Shown here in pieces: positions 1-9,239 of a stretch of DNA of 32,000 nt. Under the pieces are notes generated by a model, which was not told the DNA's origin, did no database searches, and saw nothing but the letters and a program-made list of their open reading frames with translations. Each line of letters starts with the position of its first letter. The first letter of the stretch is position 1. The translations under genes were made by a program, and so were the position numbers. The stretch lies in contig NZ_CP146064.1 in NCBI RefSeq assembly GCF_037013405.1, forward strand, positions 330,001 through 362,000, in the 5' to 3' direction. Source of the DNA: Candidatus Nanosynbacter sp. BB002. Lineage in GTDB: Bacteria > Patescibacteriota > Saccharimonadia > Saccharimonadales > Saccharimonadaceae.

Positions 1-930
1 CTGGGATGTGATAGTCGCACTGTCTGTCCACGGACCGGGGTCCGTGGGGTCAACGTGGAGATAGAACTCCACGCGTGCCTTCTCACCCTCGTTTAGAGTG
101 AGTTTCATCGTCAATACAGTGGAGGAGCACTCCATTGTATCGACTGTCGTGCGATGAGTGTATAGGGGTCTACCCCATACACTCGCTTCTCTGTAAGTTC
201 CTGCTTGCGACAGCACGGTGTTGCTGTCGCAAGAGAAAACTTGGCCCTGAGACGTGAGTTCATCCCTCAGGATGAACTCTTGGGCGTCCGTGGTAGCGGT
301 CGGGGTTACTAACGTAACCTCGACCAATGAGGGGTCATTCGGGTGAACGACACCCCATTTCGAGGCTCCAGGCCCGGGCTGGCTGCAGCCCGGACACTCC
401 CCCACGTGGATCTCAGTCCGGCGGGTTTGACCGCCGATCTCCCACAGGAGGTCCCGGGTTTCCCCGGGAACGAGCGTGTCGTCAATGTCGACGCGCCACC
501 AGCCATACGCCTCGAAGGCGTAATGGTTGGCCACCTCAACGGCATCGGTCAGTGTGATACTGACCTTACCGCCTTTGTAGACGGCGTGAGCGATAATCTC
601 GCCATTTTCGGTGGCGAGATTGATGGGGGTACCGTAATCCCCCAGTTCCGCCGGTGGTGTGAAGGTGATGCTATCACCTTCACAATGACCCTCCTCGAGG
701 GCCAAGCCAAACCCGAATTCCACGGACTTGTAGGCCGCGAAATCTTTACCGTCCATGGTGCGGATGTACTCCGCGCTGATTTCCCCCGCCGAGATCGGCC
801 GGGGAGTGCACGACGACGTTGCTGCCGTCGTGTCGGGGCTCTCGGGGACAGCAGCTGCCACCCCCGAGAACCCGAAGACCATAGCTAGCAGCGCAAACAG
901 CGCTGCTAGCCCACGTTTCTTCATGGGCAT
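1..930 (-). CDS. Secreted Cna/MSCRAMM-like surface adhesin, N-terminal 310 codons (gene runs off the left edge)
   Basis: The minus-strand frame is open from 930 to 1, checked triplet by triplet with no tta/cta/tca on the plus strand. ATG at 930 has AGGAG 7 nt upstream. The N-terminus MPMKKRGLAALFALLAMVFGFSGVAAAVPE looks like a signal peptide. GDSITFTPPAELGDYGTPINLATENGEIIAHAVYKGGKVSITLTDAVE resembles the ligand-binding A region of collagen-binding adhesins. GC is about 60-65% by eye. Confidence 0.6.
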   Translation of the reverse strand, partial: MPMKKRGLAALFALLAMVFGFSGVAAAVPESPDTTAATSSCTPRPISAGEISAEYIRTMDGKDFAAYKSVEFGFGLALEEGHCEGDSITFTPPAELGDYGTPINLATENGEIIAHAVYKGGKVSITLTDAVEVANHYAFEAYGWWRVDIDDTLVPGETRDLLWEIGGQTRRTEIHVGECPGCSQPGPGASKWGVVHPNDPSLVEVTLVTPTATTDAQEFILRDELTSQGQVFSCDSNTVLSQAGTYREASVWGRPLYTHRTTVDTMECSSTVLTMKLTLNEGEKARVEFYLHVDPTDPGPWTDSATITSQ

Positions 931-1059
931 GGGAAATCTCCTATGATAGGGAGTTGGAATGGATACAGATGTTAAAGTACATTTCGGTTCGCGTCCAGCT
1001 GGGCTGGAACAGCGAATCAAAAATGACTCTAGCACATCCGTATCCCACTGGGCTTTACT

Positions 1060-1068
1060 ATTCTAGCA
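1060..1068 (-). promoter_or_regulatory. Extended -10 element TGCTAGAAT upstream of the adhesin gene
   Basis: The reverse complement of attctagca reads TGcTAGAAT, the same style as other promoters in the window. It would give a ~125-nt 5' UTR. Confidence 0.3.
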
Positions 1069-1123
1069 TAAAATACAGAAAAATGCAATACTCCCACGGC
1101 TATCTCGGCGACGTCACCCCAGT

Positions 1124-1151
1124 AAAAATCCCGCCATGATCGGCGGGATTT
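1124..1151 (-). terminator. Rho-independent terminator downstream of rplA
   Basis: Stem aaatcccgcc / ggcgggattt with a 6-nt loop. On the minus strand it is followed by a T run (ggcgggatttttac). Confidence 0.7.
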
Positions 1152-1180
1152 GATGGGTTAAACTGCGAGATTAACTATGT

Positions 1181-2152
1181 CTAGAGGTTGTTTTCAACTT
1201 TGATACTAGGACCCATGGTAGTAGTCACGGCAACACTTTTGACGTAGGCGCCTTTGAGGCTGCTTGGTTTTTGGGCGTTTAGGCTGCTCAAAAATGCGCG
1301 GGCGTTGTCTTGTAGTTTTTCTGTACCAAACGACACCTTACCGACGCTCAAGTGAACGATGGCTTGTTTGTCGACACGGTACTCCACCTTACCAGCTTTG
1401 GCTTCGGTGACGGCAGTCGCCACGTCTGTTGCTACGGTGCCAGACTTTGGATTTGGCATCAAACCACGTGGACCGAGCAAGCGAGCGTATTTACCAAGTT
1501 TTGGCATGTACTGTGGCGTTGCTACCAAGATGTCAAAGTTCAGCTCTTCTTTGTCCAGCTGCTTCAAGAACTCTTCATCACCAATGATGTCGGCGCCAGC
1601 CTTTTTGGCAGCGGCGTGCTCTTCTTCTGGTGCAAATACTGCGACGCGTACCTCTTTACCGGTACCGTGAGGCAGTGACACGGTTGAGCGAATGTTCTGG
1701 TCTGCCTGGCGTGGGTCAACACCGAGCCGAACGTGCAGCTCCACTGATGCGTCAAATTTGACTGGACTGGTCTCGGTCGCCAGCTTCAAAGCTTCTTCCA
1801 GGGTGTACACTTTGTCTTTCTCGATCTTTTTGGCAGCTTCTTGGTATTTTTTGCCGCGGCGCTCTAGGCGTGGTCGGGTGACTGGCTTTGGACCTTTTTT
1901 GATGTGTGCTTCAGCGTCTTCGTCTTGCGGAGTGGTGTCGCCTGCTTCTTTGCGAGCTTCCTTCTCTGCTTTAGCTTCAGCTTCGTCCAAAGCTTTTTGG
2001 CTGCGCTTGCCTGCTTTGGCGACGTGTGCTTCGCGAACTTCGTGTTTTTCAGCGCCGGCAATGGCAGCCTCGATTTCAGCGATGGTGTTTTTTTCGCTGA
2101 CTTCTAGGTTTAGTTCTGCTGCTTTTTCCAGCAATTCGGCTTTTTTGGCCAT
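1181..2152 (-). CDS. rplA: 50S ribosomal protein L1 with a ~95-aa N-terminal extension
   Basis: The C-terminal ~225 aa are canonical L1 (FDASVELHVRLGVDPRQADQNIR, LLGPRGLMPNPKSGTV). The preferred start is MAKKAELL at 2152, which has GAAAGGA upstream. The track ORF extends in frame to 2215. Confidence 0.9.
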   Translation of the reverse strand: MAKKAELLEKAAELNLEVSEKNTIAEIEAAIAGAEKHEVREAHVAKAGKRSQKALDEAEAKAEKEARKEAGDTTPQDEDAEAHIKKGPKPVTRPRLERRGKKYQEAAKKIEKDKVYTLEEALKLATETSPVKFDASVELHVRLGVDPRQADQNIRSTVSLPHGTGKEVRVAVFAPEEEHAAAKKAGADIIGDEEFLKQLDKEELNFDILVATPQYMPKLGKYARLLGPRGLMPNPKSGTVATDVATAVTEAKAGKVEYRVDKQAIVHLSVGKVSFGTEKLQDNARAFLSSLNAQKPSSLKGAYVKSVAVTTTMGPSIKVENNL

Positions 2153-2233
2153 GAGTGATATCCTTTCTGTGGTACAATCGGTGCTCGGTTTTTCCCGAGG
2201 TTCACCTCCCAGCATTGATTATTATTCCGGTTG

Positions 2234-2242
2234 ATTATATCA
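2234..2242 (-). promoter_or_regulatory. Extended -10 TGATATAAT, candidate dedicated rplA promoter
   Basis: The reverse complement of attatatca is TGaTATAAT. It predicts a ~75-nt leader containing the hairpin ctcgg-gaaaaa-ccgag (2184-2199) and a GGGAG motif. Confidence 0.45.
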
Positions 2243-2258
2243 GTTTTGGTGACTGTTT

Positions 2259-3452
2259 TCAATGAGGCTCGTGTGTCGAACGCCGAAAGGCTGTGACGAA
2301 GGTGTTGTTAGGTACCACAAACAGGTTTGCCTGTGAGCTGTCGTCTATCGGGACGAGTCGTAGCCCAAATCGCCACTGTCCGGATATCTCCTCACAGTGC
2401 AGTTCTGGCTTGGCATTGATAGTAAGGTCGTCAAACATCTCCTGCCATTCACCGTCGTTGTCAGTGTAGAATATCCCGTCAATATGAAACTCACCTGGCT
2501 CAAGCATATGTTCCGTCAAAAAATTCTCATCAGCCATGAGCTGGGCACATAGCTCTGAGGCCTCGGCTTGCATTAGTTTAGTGACGCGTTCAGCTGAGAT
2601 GTTGCGCTGACTCAAATCAGTGACGCGATCGTTAAGTAGATATTCGGTGGCCTGGATTGACTGACTACGCCATTCGTCCTGAAAAGTCGCCAGGTAGTCA
2701 ACTGACTGGTCGTCGTTTTTTTGTTCAGGGTAGATGAGGTCGATATCTGCTAGCTGATCAAACGGTACGATGGTCTTTGTTGCACCGTGAGTCATTTCGA
2801 TATGAAGTTTGGGCAGCAGTTTGGCTTCCCCGTCTTCTAAAACGACTGGCACAAATACAGCGAGCTTGTCAGCGATGATTGGCTCGGTTTGTTTAAAAAT
2901 ATTCACAATGGCTTGACAATGCTCTGAGTCGGCAAGCAGCTCATCAAACTTCCTGGTAGCTCTTTCGGTGAGTCGTTGTATGATGAGTTGCTGTTGTTCG
3001 GGATCAAGCTTGTTGAATGATTTCCTCGACAAAACTCGGTTGACTAGTCCACCGGTATCATAAACCAGTTCGGCGTAGTCCGACGGCTCTTCTGGCTCTT
3101 GTTGACGAATCTCCATGATGTGAGATACATCCAAGCGGTCGCCGTTATCGAGCGCCAAGCGTACCGTGCGTTCGCCCAGCTCTGAACTGACCTCAAACCG
3201 TGCGACTGCTTCTGAGAACTGTTCAACACCTAAGGTAGGCTCGCCGTCACTGTTGTTGTGAGAGGTTATGGCGGTGATGTCGACCGGCTTGCTTAGTAAC
3301 TCGGGAGTGAATAGTTGGTTGTTCAGGGTTGTCTGCAATGTCTCATCTGGTAGGTCTAGCGTCGCTTCCCTGTTGTAGGCCATATCCATCAGGCCGTCCA
3401 GAACAATTGGTCGCTTTTGGGGACTAGGAAACGGTGCTTCACTCATGTACAT
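2259..3452 (-). CDS. Hypothetical acidic cytoplasmic protein (about 395 aa)
   Basis: Long ORF with protein-like composition, many D/E residues, and no TM segment or signal peptide. I recognise no family. Promoter geometry makes the ATG at 3446 an alternative leaderless start. Confidence 0.6.
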   Translation of the reverse strand: MYMSEAPFPSPQKRPIVLDGLMDMAYNREATLDLPDETLQTTLNNQLFTPELLSKPVDITAITSHNNSDGEPTLGVEQFSEAVARFEVSSELGERTVRLALDNGDRLDVSHIMEIRQQEPEEPSDYAELVYDTGGLVNRVLSRKSFNKLDPEQQQLIIQRLTERATRKFDELLADSEHCQAIVNIFKQTEPIIADKLAVFVPVVLEDGEAKLLPKLHIEMTHGATKTIVPFDQLADIDLIYPEQKNDDQSVDYLATFQDEWRSQSIQATEYLLNDRVTDLSQRNISAERVTKLMQAEASELCAQLMADENFLTEHMLEPGEFHIDGIFYTDNDGEWQEMFDDLTINAKPELHCEEISGQWRFGLRLVPIDDSSQANLFVVPNNTFVTAFRRSTHEPH

Positions 3453-3454
3453 AT

Positions 3455-3463
3455 ATTATACCA
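3455..3463 (-). promoter_or_regulatory. Extended -10 TGGTATAAT abutting the start of the 2259-3452 gene
   Basis: The minus strand reads tggtataat-at-ATG-tac-ATG. The second ATG (3446) lies 8 nt after the hexamer. Confidence 0.5.
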
Positions 3464-3530
3464 GTGAATTGCAGAAAAATCAATAGCAGTGAGTGCATTT
3501 CATGGAATATTTGCGTATTTAGCAACAATA

Positions 3531-3539
3531 TGATAGTAT
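3531..3539 (+). promoter_or_regulatory. Extended -10 TGATAGTAT upstream of the 3551 gene
   Basis: TGaTAGTAT lies 11 nt before ATG 3551. It is divergent from the 3455-3463 promoter. Confidence 0.35.
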
Positions 3540-3550
3540 TTGTAATTACT

Positions 3551-4084
3551 ATGGAACGCAAGAAGAACAGTAATCTTACACCTGGTGGGCACGATGAAAC
3601 AACTATTAGCGCGACCTTTGATGACATTATGGCGAGAGCAAGCATAACTGGCGAAGACGTGGCTGCTGTTCCCGAGAAGTGCCGAGACTGTCCAGTGCTA
3701 AAGCACAATCTAGGAGAGATAGCTTGTATACGCAAAGAAGTGCAAGAAGGTCTGAGCGCGGATCCTGAAGAGCTAAAGAAACGTTTACTGATGATGAGAG
3801 AGGCAGGTCATGAGGCTTTGGTGCCGTTAACAGATGACCAGATAGATCAAATAGCCGCTAGTGCTACAAGCCATCAGCAAAGAGAGGCTTTAGAAATATT
3901 AAACAACTTTGACCAGCAATCGGGTAGACTACAGGATGATGTAGATCGTCTTACTGGCCACTGTGCGGGACCTCTTAAGATGCGTGGTTCGCGGGATGGC
4001 AAGACGGTGACAGTAACGAGCTGCATGTCGGGTATAATAGCCCATTCAGGTAAGACAGGATTTGCCGACGTACACTACAGTTAG
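3551..4084 (+). CDS. Hypothetical protein with CxxC and additional Cys/His (177 aa)
   Basis: The ORF starts at MERKKNS. The upstream part of the track ORF looks like non-coding AT-rich sequence. It contains CRDC plus GHC and TSC further on. No family recognised. Confidence 0.5.
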   Translation: MERKKNSNLTPGGHDETTISATFDDIMARASITGEDVAAVPEKCRDCPVLKHNLGEIACIRKEVQEGLSADPEELKKRLLMMREAGHEALVPLTDDQIDQIAASATSHQQREALEILNNFDQQSGRLQDDVDRLTGHCAGPLKMRGSRDGKTVTVTSCMSGIIAHSGKTGFADVHYS

Positions 4085-5410
<1,326 letters not shown>

Positions 5411-5416
5411 GACGGA

Positions 5417-5968
5417 CTAAGCGCGAATAGTGACGATGTCGCCAGCTTGCAACTTGATGATGCGTGACGCGACTGCAGTTGTTACTTCTCCGCCGTCGAC
5501 ATAGACACTCACCATATCACCGAAGTAATTGATGGCTTCGGTGATATTTTTGGCTGGTGGCATGCCAGCTGGGTTGGCGCTGGGTGCCAACAAGGGGCCG
5601 GTTTGGTTGATGAGACGTGCTAAATTGCCGGTGACCAGTCGAAAAGCTAGTGTGCCGTTTTGGTGGGTGGTGTGCAAAAAAGCGTTGCTGGCTGGTACAA
5701 TGATGCTGGTCGGTCGCTCGGCATTCAGCTGTAGGTAGTGCTGACGTCGAGTAGCAGTTAAACCCGGGATGTCGGAGATGTCAGCGACCAGGATGATGCA
5801 GGATTCGTTAGCTGGACGATGTTTAGCGCGATACAGGCGCTCCATGGCACAGTGGTTAGTCGCGGCAGCAACGATGCCGTAGATGGTGTCGGTTCTGAGG
5901 ACGACCAATTTGGCACTAGTGAGTGCCTCTGACACACGGGGGTCGGATATGGTATTTGTGATGAGCAT
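5417..5968 (-). CDS. tsaC: L-threonylcarbamoyladenylate synthase, YrdC/TsaC family
   Basis: 183 aa, the size of a YrdC domain. Contains TDTIYGI and APSANPAG-type motifs. Confidence 0.8.
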   Translation of the reverse strand: MLITNTISDPRVSEALTSAKLVVLRTDTIYGIVAAATNHCAMERLYRAKHRPANESCIILVADISDIPGLTATRRQHYLQLNAERPTSIIVPASNAFLHTTHQNGTLAFRLVTGNLARLINQTGPLLAPSANPAGMPPAKNITEAINYFGDMVSVYVDGGEVTTAVASRIIKLQAGDIVTIRA

Positions 5969-5985
5969 TGAATTATTTCGTTAGA

Positions 5986-6273
5986 TTAGCCACCAAGATT
6001 TTCGATGATAGTTTGCAAAAAGCCTCTGGGGGCTGGCGGTGGTGTTTGGTCTGGCTCTTGGGTCGATGATGTTTGCTCAGCTGAAGGTGTTGCGGTAGGT
6101 TCGGTGTTGATGTGAATAGAATTAGCAGCGGTATCGGCCGCTTCCTTCAGTATGATCGCTGGCGGAATAAACAAAGCAGAGGTAATGGCTACTGCACCGA
6201 CAACGGATTTGATGGTGTCTTTGAGTCCTCTTTCGTTCTCTGTTGATAGCTTTGCAAATTCTGCCAGATCCAT
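5986..6273 (-). CDS. Small single-pass membrane protein with a Pro/Thr-rich tail
   Basis: One hydrophobic helix (VVGAVAITSALFIPPAIIL). The start at 6273 is chosen because TGATATAAT lies exactly 6 nt upstream. The track start is 6279. Confidence 0.45.
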   Translation of the reverse strand: MDLAEFAKLSTENERGLKDTIKSVVGAVAITSALFIPPAIILKEAADTAANSIHINTEPTATPSAEQTSSTQEPDQTPPPAPRGFLQTIIENLGG

Positions 6274-6279
6274 ACCCAT

Positions 6280-6288
6280 ATTATATCA
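6280..6288 (-). promoter_or_regulatory. Extended -10 TGATATAAT for the small membrane protein gene
   Basis: The minus strand reads tgatataat-atgggt-ATG, a 6-nt spacer to ATG 6273. Confidence 0.5.
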
Positions 6289-6303
6289 TATTTGGTTATA
6301 ATG

Positions 6304-6337
6304 TACAATTACTCCCGCCTGAGCGAGAGTAATTGTA
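6304..6337 (-). terminator. Perfect 11-bp stem hairpin downstream of rplK
   Basis: tacaattactc / gagtaattgta with a 12-nt loop. There is no clear U tract, so terminator function is uncertain. Confidence 0.4.
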
Positions 6338-6355
6338 GTTGACGCGAGAAACTGA

Positions 6356-6781
6356 TTAGTCAGTAACTTCAACACCCATGCTGCGAGCAGTGCCGGCGAT
6401 GATTTTGACGGCGCCGTCTGTGTCGATGGCGTTGAGCTGATCTTTTTTGACTTCAGCGATTTCTTCCAGCTGAGCGCGGGTAATTTTACCAACCTTGTCG
6501 GTATGTGGTTTGCCGCTACCCTTTTGGATGCCAGCTTTTTCGCGGATCATATCGTCCACTGGCTGACCCAATGATTTCCATGCGAAAGTGCGGTCTTCAA
6601 ACACCTGAATGTGTACAATAACGTCTTTACCCATCAGATCTTTGGTGGCGTCGTTAAATGGATTGATAAAGTCCATCATGTTTAGTCCCCACTGACCCAA
6701 GGTTGAACCAACTGGAGGCCCAGCGGTAGCGCGACCAGCTGGAATACGTAGTTTTAGATTTCCAATGACTTTCTTTGCCAT
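6356..6781 (-). CDS. rplK: 50S ribosomal protein L11
   Basis: MAKKVIGNLKLRIPAGRATAGPPVGSTLGQWGLNMMDF is canonical L11. The start at 6781 has AAAGGG upstream. Confidence 0.95.
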   Translation of the reverse strand: MAKKVIGNLKLRIPAGRATAGPPVGSTLGQWGLNMMDFINPFNDATKDLMGKDVIVHIQVFEDRTFAWKSLGQPVDDMIREKAGIQKGSGKPHTDKVGKITRAQLEEIAEVKKDQLNAIDTDGAVKIIAGTARSMGVEVTD

Positions 6782-6854
6782 GATGATAAACCCTTTCAAA
6801 ATTAGTTGAAGCGTATTGAAAGTGTGCGTAACATAGGTATTATACAAAAAAGTG

Positions 6855-6863
6855 TGGTATAAT
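6855..6863 (+). promoter_or_regulatory. Extended -10 TGGTATAAT, leaderless promoter of the 6870 gene
   Basis: TGgTATAAT is followed by a 6-nt spacer (tcaagc) and then ATG 6870. It lies back to back with a minus-strand TATAAT at 6839-6844 that serves rplK. Confidence 0.55.
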
Positions 6864-6869
6864 TCAAGC

Positions 6870-7421
6870 ATGAACGTGCGAGGCCCGCTCCCGATTAAGC
6901 GCATCATTAACGCGTTTGGTGCGGTGGGCTACACATTGCTCTTGTTTGTTTATGCGATCATCTCTTTGTCCGCTGTAGTGTGGCTGATGCGTCGCGGTAA
7001 GTTCTTTGGACTGTCAGTGAATTTGCGCACCGCAGAACCATTGATGCAGACAGTGCCGACAGAGCCAGAGCCGTTGACGGCTCAGCTGTTGAGTGCTGCG
7101 TTGGGGATTGCCACGGCGTTGGTGCTGGTCATCACCCTTACGGCTCTCACCTATTGGCTAGGGCGCGGCGGTTCGCGGATGTTGAAGCGGTCAGTGCGGT
7201 TTTGTCAGTGTCCCGTTACGTTGGTGACGTTGCTGGTGGGTAAGGTGCTGGCTTGCGGTGTGGCAACGGTGCCGGTTTTGTTGGCTGGTATTTTACAGAT
7301 GGGTAATCTGTGGGTGGTGATCATTTTGTTGGGATTTATCACCGTGGCGTTGATCATCTTTCTGCTGCAGCACTATCTGGCATACACCAGTGAAGTCGTG
7401 CAAGCTAAAGACGTTTGGTAG
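6870..7421 (+). CDS. Integral membrane protein (about 4-5 TM helices)
   Basis: Repeated hydrophobic stretches (GYTLLLFVYAIISLSAVVWL, ALGIATALVLVITLTALTYWL, VVIILLGFITVALIIFLL). No family recognised. Confidence 0.6.
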   Translation: MNVRGPLPIKRIINAFGAVGYTLLLFVYAIISLSAVVWLMRRGKFFGLSVNLRTAEPLMQTVPTEPEPLTAQLLSAALGIATALVLVITLTALTYWLGRGGSRMLKRSVRFCQCPVTLVTLLVGKVLACGVATVPVLLAGILQMGNLWVVIILLGFITVALIIFLLQHYLAYTSEVVQAKDVW

Positions 7422-7437
7422 CTTGATGCGCGATGTA

Positions 7438-8274
7438 TTATTTTTTGCGTGACAGAAAGTGCGTGATGACATTGCCGGTAACGATGCCAGCTGCCACGCC
7501 GCCAGCGATAGTCAAGGCTTTGACGGCTTCTTTGCCAATTTCTGAGAGCATCAACATGCGAGCTATTTTGGGGTCTTTGATTTCAAGGCTGGTTGGAATT
7601 TCAGGTGGAGGAGTGTCGTCCTTTGGCGTCTGTGCTTCTTTTGATACGGTAGGTATGCTGTCGTATGTGGAATTTATCATATTAGCCTGGTGTTGCCCCA
7701 GGGATATTGCAAAATTGGCAGCAAAATAAGCAGGCATACGTGAGGGGTCTTCTTCACACTCTTCCACGGACTCCTCGTACAGTTGGTTTACATGTAGTTT
7801 AGCTTGCGCTGGTATGTCTGCTTGCTTTTCTGGAATACTGTCTGGAGCGATGGCATGTGCTGCAGCCATAACCGCCTGTCTATCGCTTTCCATCAGATCG
7901 GCAAACCAAGTGAGCAAAGATTCCTTTTGCTTTGGCGTTGTCGGTAAGTCTTGTAAATAATGGGTGGCGAGTTCTCGTAATGCTGGGAGATACTGCATAT
8001 TTAATAAGGTGCTGGACTTATTTAGAACACGCTGTTGCTCATCAATAGTCTGGTTGGCAGATAGTCTTTCGAAGGTTGTGATTAAACTATTTATGGCAGC
8101 TAGATGTTTACGGGAGGCATCTGCTAACTCATTGCCATCAGGCTCACCTAGTGCTTCTAGCCATTCTTCTGAGGCTTTGGTAGCCTCCTGGGCAGTGTCG
8201 TCACCGGGCTGTACAATATTTTCGTTATTATTGGAGTTATCATCACTGGGTTGTGGCATTTCTAGTGTGCTCAT
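7438..8274 (-). CDS. Hypothetical acidic protein with a C-terminal membrane anchor
   Basis: 278-aa ORF with GGAGAGG upstream. The only hydrophobic segment is at the extreme C-terminus (ALTIAGGVAAGIVTGNVITHF). It lies downstream of nusG on the same strand. Confidence 0.55.
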   Translation of the reverse strand: MSTLEMPQPSDDNSNNNENIVQPGDDTAQEATKASEEWLEALGEPDGNELADASRKHLAAINSLITTFERLSANQTIDEQQRVLNKSSTLLNMQYLPALRELATHYLQDLPTTPKQKESLLTWFADLMESDRQAVMAAAHAIAPDSIPEKQADIPAQAKLHVNQLYEESVEECEEDPSRMPAYFAANFAISLGQHQANMINSTYDSIPTVSKEAQTPKDDTPPPEIPTSLEIKDPKIARMLMLSEIGKEAVKALTIAGGVAAGIVTGNVITHFLSRKK

Positions 8275-8333
8275 GGTAAAACCTCTCCACCCTTTTGATA
8301 ATAATGATAAATTTGCCTGTCTGGTCCCGCGCG

Positions 8334-8879
8334 TTAGACCTTTTTCACCTGCAAAGCGTCAAGTTCAACTGGAGTGTCACGTCCAAACATGCTGACCATG
8401 ACGCGGATTTTGCCTTTGATTGGGTCGATTTCGGCGATCGCACCGTCAAAGCCTTTGAACGGACCATCGGTGATGGAAACAACTTCGCCCTCTGAGAAGT
8501 CAATCTGGTGCTTTGGCTCTTCGACGCCCATGCGCTTTTTGATTTTGGCAATTTCTTTGTCAGAAACTGGTGTTGGCGTAGTGTCGGCACCGACAAATCC
8601 AGTCACGCCAGGCGTGTTGCGGATGATGTACCAGGTTTCATCAGTTAGGTTCATTTCTACTAAAACGTAGCCTTGGAAGATCTTGGCCTCAACGACTTTG
8701 CGTTTGCCGTTTTTGATTTGGATTTGTTTTTCTTTTGGGACCATGACGTCGAAAATTTTGTCTGCCATGTCAACACCGTTGATGCGCTGACGAATGGATT
8801 CTGCTACTTTTTCTTCGTAGCCAGAATAGGTGTGAATAGCGTACCACTGACGGGTTGAGTCGTAACGATTATTTGCCAT
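8334..8879 (-). CDS. nusG: Transcription termination/antitermination factor NusG
   Basis: WYAIHTYSGYEEKV NGN domain and a C-terminal KOW (GEVVSITDGPFKGFDGAIAEID). AAGGAG Shine-Dalgarno sequence. Confidence 0.95.
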   Translation of the reverse strand: MANNRYDSTRQWYAIHTYSGYEEKVAESIRQRINGVDMADKIFDVMVPKEKQIQIKNGKRKVVEAKIFQGYVLVEMNLTDETWYIIRNTPGVTGFVGADTTPTPVSDKEIAKIKKRMGVEEPKHQIDFSEGEVVSITDGPFKGFDGAIAEIDPIKGKIRVMVSMFGRDTPVELDALQVKKV

Positions 8880-8897
8880 AAAAAACTCCTTTTACCT

Positions 8898-9224
8898 TTA
8901 TTTCAAAATTTGCTCAAAGACCCAGTTAAATCCAGCGTCAAGTAATAAAATCAATGTGGTAAGCAGTAAAGTAAAGCCAATCACGGTGCCAGTCATGATC
9001 CAAGTGTTGGCGCGGGTTGGCCAACGAACTAGCTTCAGCTCGGCCCACGCTCCCTTGAAATAACCAACAAATGAGTCGCGCATGCCTGAATCTGCTTCAG
9101 TCTTTTGAATAGCGCGTGCTGGTTTGGTGGTTGATTTCTTTTTGACGGTTTTTTTAGGGGAATCATCCGTTGCCTTGATGCGGCGTACGGTAGTTTTCCC
9201 TGTCTGCTTACCCTTTTCTGCCAT
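8898..9224 (-). CDS. secE: Preprotein translocase subunit SecE with a Lys-rich N-terminal extension
   Basis: ELKLVRWPTRANT motif followed by a single TM helix. It sits immediately upstream of nusG. Confidence 0.85.
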   Translation of the reverse strand: MAEKGKQTGKTTVRRIKATDDSPKKTVKKKSTTKPARAIQKTEADSGMRDSFVGYFKGAWAELKLVRWPTRANTWIMTGTVIGFTLLLTTLILLLDAGFNWVFEQILK

Positions 9225-9239
9225 GTGTTTCTCCCAAAT

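Noticed and set aside
309-946. Track ORFs 327-557 (+), 343-888 (+), 755-946 (+) and 309-545 (-) in the high-GC block
   Set aside because: All overlap a much longer 310-codon minus-strand frame that has a start codon, a Shine-Dalgarno sequence, a signal peptide and adhesin-like sequence. Their translations are Arg/Pro/Gly-rich nonsense, typical of off-frame ORFs in high-GC DNA.
954-1139. 61-aa plus-strand ORF in the adhesin-rplA intergenic region
   Set aside because: It has no ribosome-binding site or promoter and an unconvincing composition. It lies across the putative 5' UTR and promoter of the adhesin gene and runs into the rplA terminator.
2153-2215. In-frame upstream extension of rplA to the ATG at 2215
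   Set aside because: MAKKAELL at 2152 has a purine-rich ribosome-binding site and an L1-like N-terminus. The 21 extra residues overlap the predicted structured leader. The extension cannot be excluded without data.
1352-2234. Several ORFs antisense to or out of frame within rplA (e.g. 1692-2234 +, 1352-1678 +, 1864-2061 -)
   Set aside because: They lie inside a confidently identified L1 gene. Their products are low-complexity Ser/Ala/Phe-rich sequences.
6286-6492. 68-aa minus-strand ORF overlapping the 3' end of rplK
   Set aside because: It is out of frame with L11, overlaps the post-rplK hairpin, and has no start signals.
7433-8395. Plus-strand ORFs 7433-7729 and 7964-8395
   Set aside because: They are antisense to the longer 7438-8274 ORF and to the end of nusG, and have no promoter or ribosome-binding signals.
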